The translations under genes were made by a program, and so were the position numbers. A stretch of DNA of 63,530 nt, counting the filler, from Sphaeroforma arctica JP610 (Eukaryota): the NCBI RefSeq assembly GCF_001186125.1. It is 8 parts of 2 records of this genome, joined end to end, with 100 filler letters (N's around TTAATTAATTAA, not from the genome) between each part and the next. Parts side by side here need not be neighbours in the genome. Positions count along the whole stretch, not along the records: positions 26,524 to 41,063 come from NW_014040531.1; positions 41,164 to 46,558 come from NW_014040531.1; positions 46,659 to 54,254 come from NW_014040531.1; positions 54,355 to 63,530 come from NW_014040530.1; 4 more parts are not named here. One strand, written 5' to 3'. The notes under the pieces are model-generated. The model had not been told where the DNA came from. It saw only the letters and a list, made by a program, of their open reading frames with translations, and did no database searches. Below are positions 39,836-54,817 of this stretch, piece after piece; position 1 is the first letter of the stretch; each line of letters opens with the position of its first letter.

Positions 39836-40696
39836 ATGTCAATAATAACAAGTATTGCATACACCGCCTTGTTGGCTTCTGCCGCGATAGCAGCGCCTGC
39901 TGCAATTGTACGCAGGGACTCGTCGTCATCACAAATATGCAATTTAGCATGGTCTAATTCTGGAATGCAGGCGAACACAGACTGCACTGGTGCAGATGTA
40001 CTGTTCGCAGATCCCTTGATACCAGACCCTCGCGTAGATGCGCAACGTGCAAACCCCACTGGTGAACTCATGGCTTACCTGAGTGTGGCAACTGTTAATC
40101 CATTATATGCACCGGATCCAAGGTTGCTCAACTACCAGTGGCAACAGAATTTGGATGTAAATTCAGAAGGGGAACTCTGGGGGGACTATTGGTTCAATCC
40201 TGACGATTTGAACGACAAAATTCTTCCGATTATGAAGGACATAATTACGAGCTACAAGGCACTTAACTTTACGGCGATTAGCTCGGATAATGCAAAACCA
40301 TCCACAGCTGTAACAGAGAATGACGCGCAAGCTAAAGCATACTATGATGCTGATCGTATAGACCCTCGATACGTCGAGTATATGCAAAATATTGTGGACT
40401 TTGCACACAGTATAGACATGAAGGTAGCTCTAAAGAATCCGAGTTACTATGTTAATGAACCAACGATTATCGACGAGTTTGATGCATATATTGTGGAATC
40501 GCTATTTAACTGGTACCCATGGGATATCGATGTTTATGGCTCGCTCCCATACGGTCCGAAGCCGTTCTGGATCTTCCAATATCCGGGTGAAAATGGTTTA
40601 ACCAATCAAGAACTTCACGACCGCATGGTGGATCGTCAAGTGCGCGAGGTCTACATGGACTCGACAGACGGCTATGTCCGGTATTATGCGTATTAA
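39836..40696 (+). CDS. Secreted GH114-like glycoside hydrolase, intronless, copy 2
   Basis: Clear paralog of 34596-35459, colinear throughout, with AYLSVAT, ISSDN, VALKN and FDAYIVE. Signal peptide plus RRDS. ATATATAA lies about 40 nt upstream. Confidence 0.8.
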   Translation: MSIITSIAYTALLASAAIAAPAAIVRRDSSSSQICNLAWSNSGMQANTDCTGADVLFADPLIPDPRVDAQRANPTGELMAYLSVATVNPLYAPDPRLLNYQWQQNLDVNSEGELWGDYWFNPDDLNDKILPIMKDIITSYKALNFTAISSDNAKPSTAVTENDAQAKAYYDADRIDPRYVEYMQNIVDFAHSIDMKVALKNPSYYVNEPTIIDEFDAYIVESLFNWYPWDIDVYGSLPYGPKPFWIFQYPGENGLTNQELHDRMVDRQVREVYMDSTDGYVRYYAY

Positions 40697-40822
40697 GATT
40701 CGACTTCATGATTTATTAGAACCCTCTAAGTAAATTTTCTGTTTTATATATATAATAATATAGTTGAAAACAATGGCTGTCAACTCCAAAAGCAATATAA
40801 ACTGTATTAAATGTAAGTAGCT

Positions 40823-41063
40823 AGTCACTTTCCACATCGCATTGTAGCAAGTCAGTTTTCACATCGTATCGTAGCAAGTCACTTTTCACAGCGCATTGTA
40901 GCAAGTCACTTTTCACATCGCATTGTAACAAGTCACTTGGAACATCGCATTGTAGCAAGTCACTCTTCACATCGTATTGTAGCAATTCACATTAAACATC
41001 GCATTGTAGCAAGTCACTTTTCACATCGCATTGTACAAGTCACCTTAAACATCGCATTGTAGC
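40823..41063. repeat. 27-bp minisatellite (AGTCACTTTTCACATCGCATTGTAGCA)
   Basis: About nine head-to-tail units running into the spacer, with no unique spacers. Confidence 0.93.
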
Positions 41064-41734
41064 NNNNNNNNNNNNNNNNNNNNNNNNNNNNNNNNNNNNN
41101 NNNNNNNTTAATTAATTAANNNNNNNNNNNNNNNNNNNNNNNNNNNNNNNNNNNNNNNNNNNNTTTAATATTTAAAAATACATACTTGAACACTAGGCTT
41201 GACCAGTCGCGAGTAGTCTCTAGTAGCGCCGAACGAGATTGTTCAGAATGCGATCCCCTTTACTTAATACAATTGGACATCAGTGGTGTCTCTCTAAATA
41301 CTTGGATATATGAATATAGCCAATTTTCGCCATCGATTCACCTTCGTCTACTGATGTTACACGCACGAGGCCTAAGATTTTCACAACAACCAAGCTCAGC
41401 GAAAAGGATCTCTTCGCGCGCTATGAACACCCATCCACGCACCTCTTCTCCGAAGAAAATCTCATGACATAACACATGTTCGTATACACGCAGTCCATTG
41501 TCTCTTTTTACCAAGTCTATATTTGCTTTGCATTTGTTTAGGTATGAACATCTTTTCATCAAATTTTACCCCAAGTTATCACCTGCATTACCTTTAGGCG
41601 CACAACAATGTGCCCTTGCATCCACTGCTCACCCATGCATTTCGTTATCGAATTCGGAAGTGTTAAGTGTTCCCTTATATCCATTTTATTCAGATCTTCT
41701 TCCGATTCTTACAATTTAAACTAAATATGCAGCT

Positions 41735-42824
41735 CTATTCATCTGCCTTGTCTTCTTTACTTTCGCTTTCGCTTCCTTCCTCCTCCTCTATTCCAGCCAG
41801 GTACTTGGTGCATAAACTTTTGAGCTGTCCCTTGCTTTTTTGGTGCGTGTTGAGCTTGATGTCTCTCTCCATAGCCTGCACATTTACGTGATGTATATGA
41901 ACAATTGGTTAGCTACAATACTCTCAAGTCAACAGCAGGACTCTGCCTTATTTGTTAAACTGGCCCGAGTCATCCGTTCGCGGGTTTGAATGGTTGTGTT
42001 CGAACTTTGTAGTTGACGTTTGTATTCACATCAGCTATGTACGTATCCTTATGTGCTGCACATCAGTGCTCAACAGGCCATGGCCTCGTAGTTTGTGCCC
42101 CGCACGACTGAGTTTATATGTGTGATATGCAGATATATGGCTATGTTCCGTATGATAAGCGTAGACGACTCTCTCCGCCGTCAACAACTCTCTCACATAC
42201 ACCGCTCATATGGGCCTGTCCACAGATAAAACAACAAGGAACTGATACAAATCTGAGGTAACTTGCACGTATAGTAAGACCAGATCCAAAGCTGGCCCGA
42301 CTATGGGGTCGCTTTCGCGCACATTTAAACAACATGATCTAATGCTGATCCAAATCTAGGTGAGTCGTGCAGCCCAAAACCTAACCAGTCACCTGGCAGC
42401 TGCGCAAGTGTGCTCTATCGGTTTTAACTTAATGGACTAGCCCCACTGCCAAATATACGGAGAACTCAACCGCATGCAACACATTGGCTATATCTTCTGA
42501 CATCGACATCATAAACCAAGTTGAACATAACCGCAGGCATCGTATTCTCCGGTAGATAATAACACGAGGACTATACCCGCGTACCGTATGTCTAGTTGTA
42601 TACCGCCTGTTCTATCTATTGTCTCTCACATAAACCTTGAAGTCGTCTCCGTGTTTCTTGATCAATGCCTGAGCGAGTTGTTGCTGGCCGTCCGAGAGTG
42701 CAGTGACGATCTTTGTTTCGAGTTTGCTGTAGTCTTGCAGAGCTGTCAATAGGGGAATCTCATACAGATGAGCATATCTTTCGGTCGCATCCCGGTAGCC
42801 ACGCGTGAGTGTCCCTTGTGATAC
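41735..42824 (-). CDS. NOP16: Nucleolar protein Nop16-like, 3' exons
   Basis: Exons 42636-42824 and 41735-41875 join in frame: LSDGQQQLAQALIKKHGDDFK|AMERDIKLNTHQKSKGQLKSLCTKYL. This is the Nop16 C-terminal signature KHGDDxxAMxRDxKLN. Confidence 0.85.
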
Positions 42825-42876
42825 CTATGCATGTATTCTTGTATGTATGTAATAGTGCATGTGTATATGGCTGCAT

Positions 42877-42908
<32 letters not shown>

Positions 42909-43301
42909 ATGTGTGTGTGTGTGTACGTGTATGAATATGTCTTTATTTATGTAGAGGTGTAGGGCTTGACAGTCTGTCCCAGTATCGTATATAAAANNNN
43001 NNNNNNNNNNNNNNNNNNNNNNNNNNNNNNNNNNNNNNNNNNNNNNNNNNNNNNNNNNNNNNNNNNNNNNNNNNNNNNNNNNNNNNNNNNNNNNNNNNNN
43101 NNTATATATATATATATATATATATGATGATCATGCATAGCTGAGACCGACGCGAAAAAGTTATTACTTCGTAGGTGCTTATATATGGAAATCGCAAATA
43201 TTGAAATTTCCATATTCCGGATATTGATATATTCTCTATTTCGGATACAGATTAACTACATTCCCCAATAACACCTTAAAGCAAGTGAAGTGTGCTCATA
43301 C

Positions 43302-43427
43302 CCCTGTTGCTTCACAAGACTTCAGCAATTCCTGTGCAGCTTTATTTTTCGCGTCCTGTGATGCGTCGTTGCCCACAAGCGGCGAGATATCGACTGCTGT
43401 GGACGCTTCGTGAGGTGTGGTGGACAT
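43302..43427 (-). CDS. First exon resembling the N-terminus (DIOX_N) of a 2OG-Fe(II) oxygenase
   Basis: ATG at 43427 gives MSTTPHEASTAVDISPLVGNDASQDAKNKAAQELLKSCEATG, followed by a GTATGA donor. The pattern resembles PvIDls.l...k..aa.ei..Ac...GF. Confidence 0.45.
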
Positions 43428-43766
43428 ATTGATTGCTGAGTACTTATCTTTACCGACACTGGTCTAGACTGTACAGTTTGTCAATATACAACGCCTGTAT
43501 ATAGCTCTTCTTTTTAGGAGGCTATGTATGTAATTTATATATTGAGAGTATAGCGCATTTATTTTATTATTGTTCAACAGATGATGGGGAAGCAGTAGTA
43601 TTCGCATTTGGCAATATCTGATAGACTGACAGCGAACACTATTTCTACAACGTATTTGGACGTCATCAATTTAAGCCTAACCTCGTACGATTGAAAAGAA
43701 TGTTCTATTGTTCTGCACAATATATTACTTTCTAAATATATAGCTAAATAATATTTAATATATATC

Positions 43767-43840
43767 TCTCTGTTAACTCAGTTGGTTAGAGTGCGGACCT
43801 AATAAGTCCGAAGTCACCAGTTCGAGCCTGGTACGGAGAA
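43767..43840 (+). tRNA. tRNA-Ile (anticodon AAT)
   Basis: Full cloverleaf: acceptor TCTCTGT/ACGGAGA plus A73, D stem ACTC/GAGT, anticodon stem CGGAC/GTCCG with loop CT-AAT-AA, T stem ACCAG/CTGGT with TTCGAGC. A TTTT run follows. Confidence 0.95.
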
Positions 43841-43991
43841 TATTTTACCTCATTTTCTTCCGCACGTAGTAGAAAGCATATTACAGAATTCCTTGAAACC
43901 ATGGCCGGTCACTCTCAGATAGCGGAATGCGGTTGAGGGTTTCTCAAGTTCTAAATGCTGCAGATGTTTGGCTCGAGATGTTGTGGAAGTA

Positions 43992-44233
43992 TATCGTTCA
44001 GGGCTGTGGTAAGCACCTGAGAAGTCACCGCGCGGAATCAAATACGTGTCATAACCCCAACTACAACCGACCAAGTGGCTGTCAGTAACACAAAGCGCTA
44101 ATATACAAATATTATCGTTCAGGGCTGTGGTAAGCACCTGAGAAGTCACCGCGCGGAATCAAATACGTGTCATAACCCCAACTACAACCGACCAAGTGGC
44201 TGTCAGTAACACAAAGCGCTAATATACAAATAT
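43992..44233. repeat. Perfect 121-bp tandem duplication downstream of glucokinase
   Basis: TATCGTTCAGGGCTGTGG...CGCTAATATACAAATAT at 43992 and 44113. Could be an assembly duplication. Confidence 0.9.
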
Positions 44234-44309
44234 AAGAGACTGCAAACTTATTTATTTATCTGTTACGTTAAGGATGACAATGAATAGAATGTCACGACCC
44301 TGCGTGAAT

Positions 44310-45835
44310 TTATCTTAAACTAAGCAATAAGTTATAGGCCACAAGATGGGCTCCGCGCTCTCCCACATCTTCTGTCTTGGGAACATATACAGGGCACTTC
44401 CAGATGGCGGGGGATACACGTCCCTTATCAAACATGATCTCCTTAAACTGTGGGTTATTCGCAATCCACTTGAAGTTCTTTACGGCAATACCACCGGTGA
44501 TGTACATACCACCGTATGGCAGCCATTTTAACATAGCGTTACCGGCTTCCGAAGCGTAGGCACCCATCATAATCTCCATGGCCTTCATACAAAGAAGATC
44601 CTTGTCTGCGTTCATACCAACAACCCCTCCCTTAAGAGAACCCGCCTCTGTCCACACTTTGTGAACACCTGTTCGAGCAACAATACAACACATACTTTGA
44701 GTACGATAAAAAATGTACTGGCAAGTGGGAATCGGGATCGATACTATTCTATGTTGTATCTGTAGTATATCTATCGATAGTTTTGTTTATAAATTAGTCT
44801 AAAGCACTGCGTAAATTTAAAAATAGATATATAGAGATGTGAGCAGGATGAAAGACTATATTTCAAATGACCCCCCTACTTCAAGGATCAAAGGTTGTCA
44901 ACGTAACAGGCGATAACCACCCGGTAGGATACTGTTTCTATGCCAAAACATACCATCACTATCGATGTTCTGGGGAAACCTTTGACTCAAGAACTCGTAA
45001 ATAGAACTTAGTCCAGGTCCAGAGATGACTCGCTCCACAGAGACACGTGACTTTTGCTCAAATTTCTCGCGCAAGAACTTCAGGAGCTCAACCTCCATGT
45101 GATCACGAGGTGGGAAATCAGTGTGTCCACCCTCCGTAGCCCAGCACACATAGTCGTCAGCATCAGGATCCTATAGTAAGTGATAGCAAATATAGCACGA
45201 TGGTAAGTAGAACATTCGTAACTTTAGATTTGTATACCAAGTATAGCGTTCAGTTAGATAAAAGGAAGACGGATCCACATACACAGACTGTTTAAAGGAG
45301 TACTAAAAAACCCTATTCAAATCTCCCAATCTCATCAAGAAAACACTATGGTTAGCCCATCTCCAGCCATAAATTGTACCCTTTGTCGAAACCGAACTAA
45401 GACTTATAAATTATAAAAATGGTCTAAATAAAAATGTTTGCATAAAGACTAGAAACAGGCCAAACAACCAGTAAGAACTTGGGTACGGCAACCGAATCTA
45501 ATACATCAGTCAGTGAATATCATTCACGAACATAGACACCTACACATGGAATACTACATTAGGCAATCGAATAATCACAATATAGAACATAAACACAAGT
45601 CATACTTTAGTCAAGAAGCACTCCCCTAGACCAGTTCCTGCACCAATTGTGGCAACAGGGGCACCTTCTACTGGTTCCACATCGTTCAATGCAAAGCACT
45701 CATCGGGGGAAAGGGTTAGAAGTCCGTAACCCATGGCGGTGAAATCATTTACAAGTAACACCTTGGCGATGCCAATATCACTACCGATCTTCTCGCCATC
45801 GATGAACCATCCGGTCTCAATGTTTGTGAAGTTCA
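44310..45835 (-). CDS. glk: Bacterial-type glucokinase (Glk family), 5' partial, with spliceosomal introns
   Basis: In-frame exons: 45606-45835 (FTN..W, LVNDFTAMGYG, IGAGTGLGE), 44954-45170 (TEGGHTDF, VSVERVISGPGL) and 44310-44668 (LPYGGMYITGGIAVK, DKGRVS, VGERGA). These are Glk-family signatures rather than hexokinase ones. Confidence 0.93.
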
Positions 45836-46660
45836 CTGTTGTGCACCAAAATGTAGAAGTGGTAAGTAGGTGAATTGTTACGTAACCGATATAGACCTAG
45901 TGGTATTCGCCACTGTATATGATATATACAAACATACGTATACTTACAAACGTACATACATACATACATATATATATATATATGTGTAAAAAATGACAAA
46001 TAAAACCTACGTGTGTATGTTATAAGAATCAGTGATTACACATCAATTTATCTGACACAGCATTGTATTTTGATATCTAAAGAAGAAAGTTAACCTGCGT
46101 ATACATGAATATGAATCAGTTTCGTTTGAGCGTGTACAATTATATCCACCCAAATGCTTCTAACTGTGGTTGAGAAGAACTGTGCACTCCAAAATATGTA
46201 TGATAAGCACGCATAATTATACACACACACACGCTATTTATGATGTATGTATATGTATATGTATTTTGTATATATATGTGTATGTGCGTGTATATGTACG
46301 TATGTATGAATTGATGTAAGCATATATGTACATATGTATATATACGAATGTATGTTCGTATGCATATATAAAGATATATATATATAAATATATATAAATA
46401 TGTTTCTTTATATATATAAAAATATATTTATATAGTATACATACACACATATTTACCGATGGACATATATGTATATATTTACTTATTTATATATATATAC
46501 ATTATGCATATATATATATACATCTATATATATACACATATCTACACATCTATAAATANNNNNNNNNNNNNNNNNNNNNNNNNNNNNNNNNNNNNNNNNN
46601 NNTTAATTAATTAANNNNNNNNNNNNNNNNNNNNNNNNNNNNNNNNNNNNNNNNNNNNTA

Positions 46661-46723
<63 letters not shown>

Positions 46724-47054
46724 GTATTTATATAATTATTATATATATATATATATATGTGGGTGTGGGTGTGGGTATAGTATTTTAGATCGAATTATTA
46801 ATTATTGTATTTGCGTCCGTAAGATATTTTTACTCTGAATGATCTGTCGGTTTTCACTTTATGCCGCACTACGAGTTTTTTATATATGAAATGTACTCCC
46901 CTCTATACTGTATGACAGACTCGCCGTTCTCAGTAGCCTTCAGTGCTGGAGTTCACCGCATAATTAGGTTTCTAGAGCGAGCCAGAAGTTTACTCAGACC
47001 CCCTTGTTTCAGCTAGATTCTCACTTGGCTCCAATGTATTCCTCACACCAACAG

Positions 47055-48142
47055 CCTGGCATTCTCTTCCGGGATGTGTTTCCCATTTTCCAAGACCCTG
47101 TCCTCACAGAGGTGCTTATGAGCCATTTGGTAGGTCACTGTCTGAAGAAGTACAAGAAGGTGGACGTTGTTGTTGGCTTAGATGCTCGAGGGTTCTTAAT
47201 GGGCCCTACACTGGCGATGCGCTTGGGCTGCAGCTTTGTCCCTATCCGCAAACAGGTACGCTATACGCAGATCAAGTAGTGCGGAATATATATATATATA
47301 TATTCGTTTATTGAGTTTTGTGAAAGCATATATAGGTCGATGCATACACGTATTTCACATAACTGTGTTCACATATACCCAGCGGTGGCGTGGTTCTGGT
47401 CGTATCCTGACTTGTTGTGGTGATATCGTACCACCACGTGCTCCAATACCTAGAGGAACCACGCTAATATTTAAAGAATTCAATCCATCCTACGACAAAT
47501 ATCGCTTCTTACATTGTCAAATTTTTAGGCCACCTCGTTGTTATATACGGCGTATCACGAGCTACTAGTTTACTACTAAAGACTAGCCTTAATTATTTGC
47601 AAACGCGTCAGCTGTACATTGGTAGGTCAAATATACCTCCTATGTGCAGGTACTATCGTCTCCATGCTGGTTTCGTTCGGCATATCTGCCGGGCTATTCT
47701 GCTGGCATGCAGCACTTCTAAGAATTCATTCATGGCTTTGACATTCTTCAGCCGTGGGGTGCAGTTCTTATACCAACTATGTCTATAGGCTGACAATTTT
47801 GTTTACAATGCCTATATATATATATATTTATATATATATATACTTCCCCACTCGAAGGCATAGGGAATACTCTCCCAATTCAACAAACCGAACTACACAT
47901 GCAGTATCCCGTTCGAGCATGCGCATAGTACGTGCTCCTTCTCCTTATTTATACTTCCGTGTATACTCGTACTTTTTTTCGCATGCGCCTACGCACAGGG
48001 TAAACTCCCCGGAAAATGTGTATCTGCCGAGTACAAGAAGGAGTACGGGGTGGACGTGTTTGAGATCCAGGATGGAAGTGTCACCGAGGGCCAGACTGTG
48101 GTGGTAGTCGACGATCTGCTTGCCACCGGTGGAACCCTCAAG
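47055..48142 (+). CDS. APRT: Adenine phosphoribosyltransferase, internal exons
   Basis: Exon 47055-47255 ([15 protein letters not shown]...[14 protein letters not shown]...FVPIRKQ) joins 47999-48142 (GKLPG...YKKEYG...[15 protein letters not shown], the PRPP-binding motif). First and last exons are not visible. Confidence 0.95.
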
Positions 48143-48814
48143 GTACTCGTACATTCATTTATAACTTTGCCACTGTGATCTGTATGTCGTGTATGTCCAT
48201 AAATAGTCCCACAACGAACCGGACATCTCGACGTAGATTGACGTATTAGCTACCAATGTAGTAGAATCTGAAGTCAAAAGCCGTGTTAGTGACATCGAAT
48301 GTCGAATAAGTAGAAAAATCTGTGTTTTTTTTTCTGTGCGGAAGTCTATTTCTTGAAGCGAAATTAAGGTGTGTACAACTAGCGCATCGCACGCCGCCGT
48401 ATACTATGTCTGAGCTCGCTGTTTCTTGCAAGTATTAATCCTATTTTGATTGCTCGGTGGTTGAAAGGGCAAGTGTATGGATAGAGAATAAACCCATAAA
48501 GTACACAAACACGTTAACACGTTGATTGTGTCTCGGTTAACCATGCGTCTATCTGCGCACAAATTGTTATTTATTAAGAAGAGCCTGGCATGACCAGTTT
48601 TTTTCTTCTATTTTAAGCAATATCTACATATACATATGCGTATTAGTTCAGTATACATACATGTATGTGGTGCTAGAAGACATTGTGCTTTCCCTGTGGT
48701 CCTCACCTTTTACGTGTCGTGACTTTGTTNNNNNNNNNNNNNNNNNNNNGGTATATAGGTATGAATTTGTTTTTTATTTCTACTTTTATCCTTGAATAAT
48801 TTATGTTTGCGTTT

Positions 48815-48935
48815 CAAGGCATCATCTTGAATACGCCGCCTGGGGTCTGTCCACCTCAATTTCGTGCCGTTATCTAACCCACCAAATTCGTATATAGCCA
48901 CAGGTTATAGAGCCATTGCACTCGTTTGCACGTAC
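48815..48935 (-). pseudogene. Decayed duplicate of the PPAT last-exon 3' end
   Basis: Reads DNGTKLRWTDPRRRIQD versus DNGTKLSSTDSRRRAQD in the intact copy, with a frameshift just upstream. Confidence 0.6.
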
Positions 48936-49012
48936 CATTTTGTGTGTATATATGTAAAACGTATGAGGTCAACCTTTCGTTTTGTATATATGCCTGACTA
49001 CGTCTTTTAAGT

Positions 49013-49243
49013 TTACGTTTTCTTCGCATCCTGTGCTCGCCGCCTCGAGTCTGTCGAACTCAATTTCGTACCGTTATCCACGCCCACCAAACTCACGTAC
49101 AAACAATCTATGGCATTCAGTCCCCTCTTCACACGCTCCTCCGCTACTTTACGCGCACCCTCGGCCGTTTCCGCTGAGGCCACAAGTGCTTTGACGCCTG
49201 TATCTGTGACAGCGGGACCGTACATGTCGTGCAGTTCTTCGAT
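49013..49243 (-). CDS. Phosphopantetheine adenylyltransferase (eukaryotic/archaeal type), last exon
   Basis: Acceptor TTTCAG, then IEELHDMYGPAVTDTGVKALVASAETAEGARKVAEERVKRGL...KLSSTDSRRR. This matches the DxYGP / VSxET / R..+GL / KxSST signature of Cab4 and the COASY PPAT domain. Confidence 0.8.
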   Translation of the reverse strand: MEELHDMYGPAVTDTGVKALVASAETAEGARKVAEERVKRGLNAIDCLYVSLVGVDNGTKLSSTDSRRRAQDAKKT

Positions 49244-49372
49244 CTGAAAAATTTGGCGAGTGTAATAAGTAAGACCGATGCACTTTGGAAAAATCGCCTA
49301 TGCAGATGTGTTGTGTAACATAGCGGATGTCCTCATAAACCATACTATGGCTNNNNNNNNNNNNNNNNNNNN

Positions 49373-49650
49373 GTTACTTTAAACATCGCATTGTAGCAAG
49401 TTACTTTAAACATCGCATTGTAGCAAGTCACTCTTCACATCGTATTGTAGCAAGTCACTTTAACCCTCACATTGTAGCAAGTCATTTTAAACATCGTATT
49501 GTAGCAAGTCACTTTAAACATCGCATTGTAGCAAGTCACTTTTCACATCGCATTGTAGCGGTCACTGTCTTCACATCGCATTGTGCAGTCACTCTTCACA
49601 TCGCATTGACTGTCGAATTTAAGTATTAAAACTCTCTTCACATCGCATTG
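49373..49650. repeat. 27-bp minisatellite, same family and orientation as 40823-41063
   Basis: ACATCGCATTGTAGCAAGTCACTTT units emerging from a 20-N gap. Confidence 0.93.
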
Positions 49651-49702
49651 ACTGTCGATTTTAAGTATCAACATAATATTTACTAAATTTTATTCTAGAT
49701 TG

Positions 49703-53274
<3,572 letters not shown>

Positions 53275-54372
53275 TCTCTGTAATTCTCAATTGAACGTTT
53301 AGAAAGCTTATCAGAACTCTTATACAAAGCATCAAAACTAAGTTTCGGAGCAAATGTATATCATGGGCAAGGCACGCGACACGTCAGCGATATCTGTGCG
53401 CAAGTTCTGTGCGTGTACGTTTCAGAGGGAAAGGGCAAAAATGAAAAGCACATCCGAGAAATATTGAGACTTCCGTACACTATTAAGCAGACGAGCAAGA
53501 AGACGACGAAATATGAAAGAGCTACTAAGAGTGCGGGCCGGACAGACCGAAAGCGTCCCACCTTGTACCAATTTAGAAATACATATGTGTGCTGTGTGCG
53601 CTGCGTCCAGTGTGATTATACAACAATGAATTGCGATAATTAGTAGGCTTACGATCAATAGCTTACCAGATAGCACAAAATAAAGAATTCGTACTGGCTC
53701 AAATATTATTGAAACTTACACCATCCTCCCATATTCTTTTTCACGATATTGAGATGCAACAGAACAGCATGTTTTCACCGATAGATACATAGGAGAATGC
53801 TATAGTGGCGGAAAAGTCAAATTTACCAAATTATTGTAGAATTTCATACAGAAATTGGTACTCAAGTACGATAATTTCAGATTTGTAAACATACAAACAT
53901 CAGTGTCTGTGGATGCAAAATGATAGAAATCTTCGAAGTCCACGGACGTTCACACTCTTACGAAAACCTTGGTGCATGATTGAAATGCATAAATGAGTTT
54001 CACTCACTGAGTATGAAGCACATACAGGCATCAACGTCTTTAGAATGCACATACCACAAACCTTTTCAACCATCCCCAGAATTTATACTTTCATATATTC
54101 AATAATAGTTGGAACTGTACTATATATACATACAACAATCTCCATATTTCAAGATCTAAACCAAAAGGAAACAGATTGCACATGGAACGATAAAATTGAC
54201 TGAGAATACATAGTTTTATTATATATATATACATAAACATATACATATACATATNNNNNNNNNNNNNNNNNNNNNNNNNNNNNNNNNNNNNNNNNNNNTT
54301 AATTAATTAANNNNNNNNNNNNNNNNNNNNNNNNNNNNNNNNNNNNNNNNNNNNATATACACACACACACCN

Positions 54373-54422
<50 letters not shown>

Positions 54423-54817
54423 CACACATATATATATATATATGAATATATATATATATATATAATACATTCTCGTATATGGACTTATTGGTGATCTGTA
54501 GAGAAAAATTGTGCATGCTTATGAATAAAGTTGTACCAAAGAACCGTCGAGTTATTTAGGAATGCTGGTTGCATCCGTATAGCGAGAGTTGCCTAGTTAT
54601 AATAAACTACTGAACGAACCGTTTTTGTTCTATCGTACTTGCAAATTTATGACTTGAAAAAGCATGATGACTGCGAAGGCTGTCTTTTATCCTTATACTT
54701 CAAAATGGTTCCATCGATGTCTCTGGCAGAATTAATACGCCGAGCTCGTGCACATTCGTATCGGACTGTGTGGTCTCATTTCATTTCTCTCGCTCACTTG
54801 TCATACCGTTTCTTTAG

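Noticed and set aside
40823..41063. 27-bp repeat array (also 49373-49650) as a CRISPR array
   Set aside because: Units are head-to-tail with no unique spacers, there are no cas genes, and the context is eukaryotic.
15828..45835. Glycogenin, GH114 and glucokinase as a carbohydrate gene cluster
   Set aside because: They are separated by unrelated genes and several uncertain assembly joins, and no pathway link can be supported.
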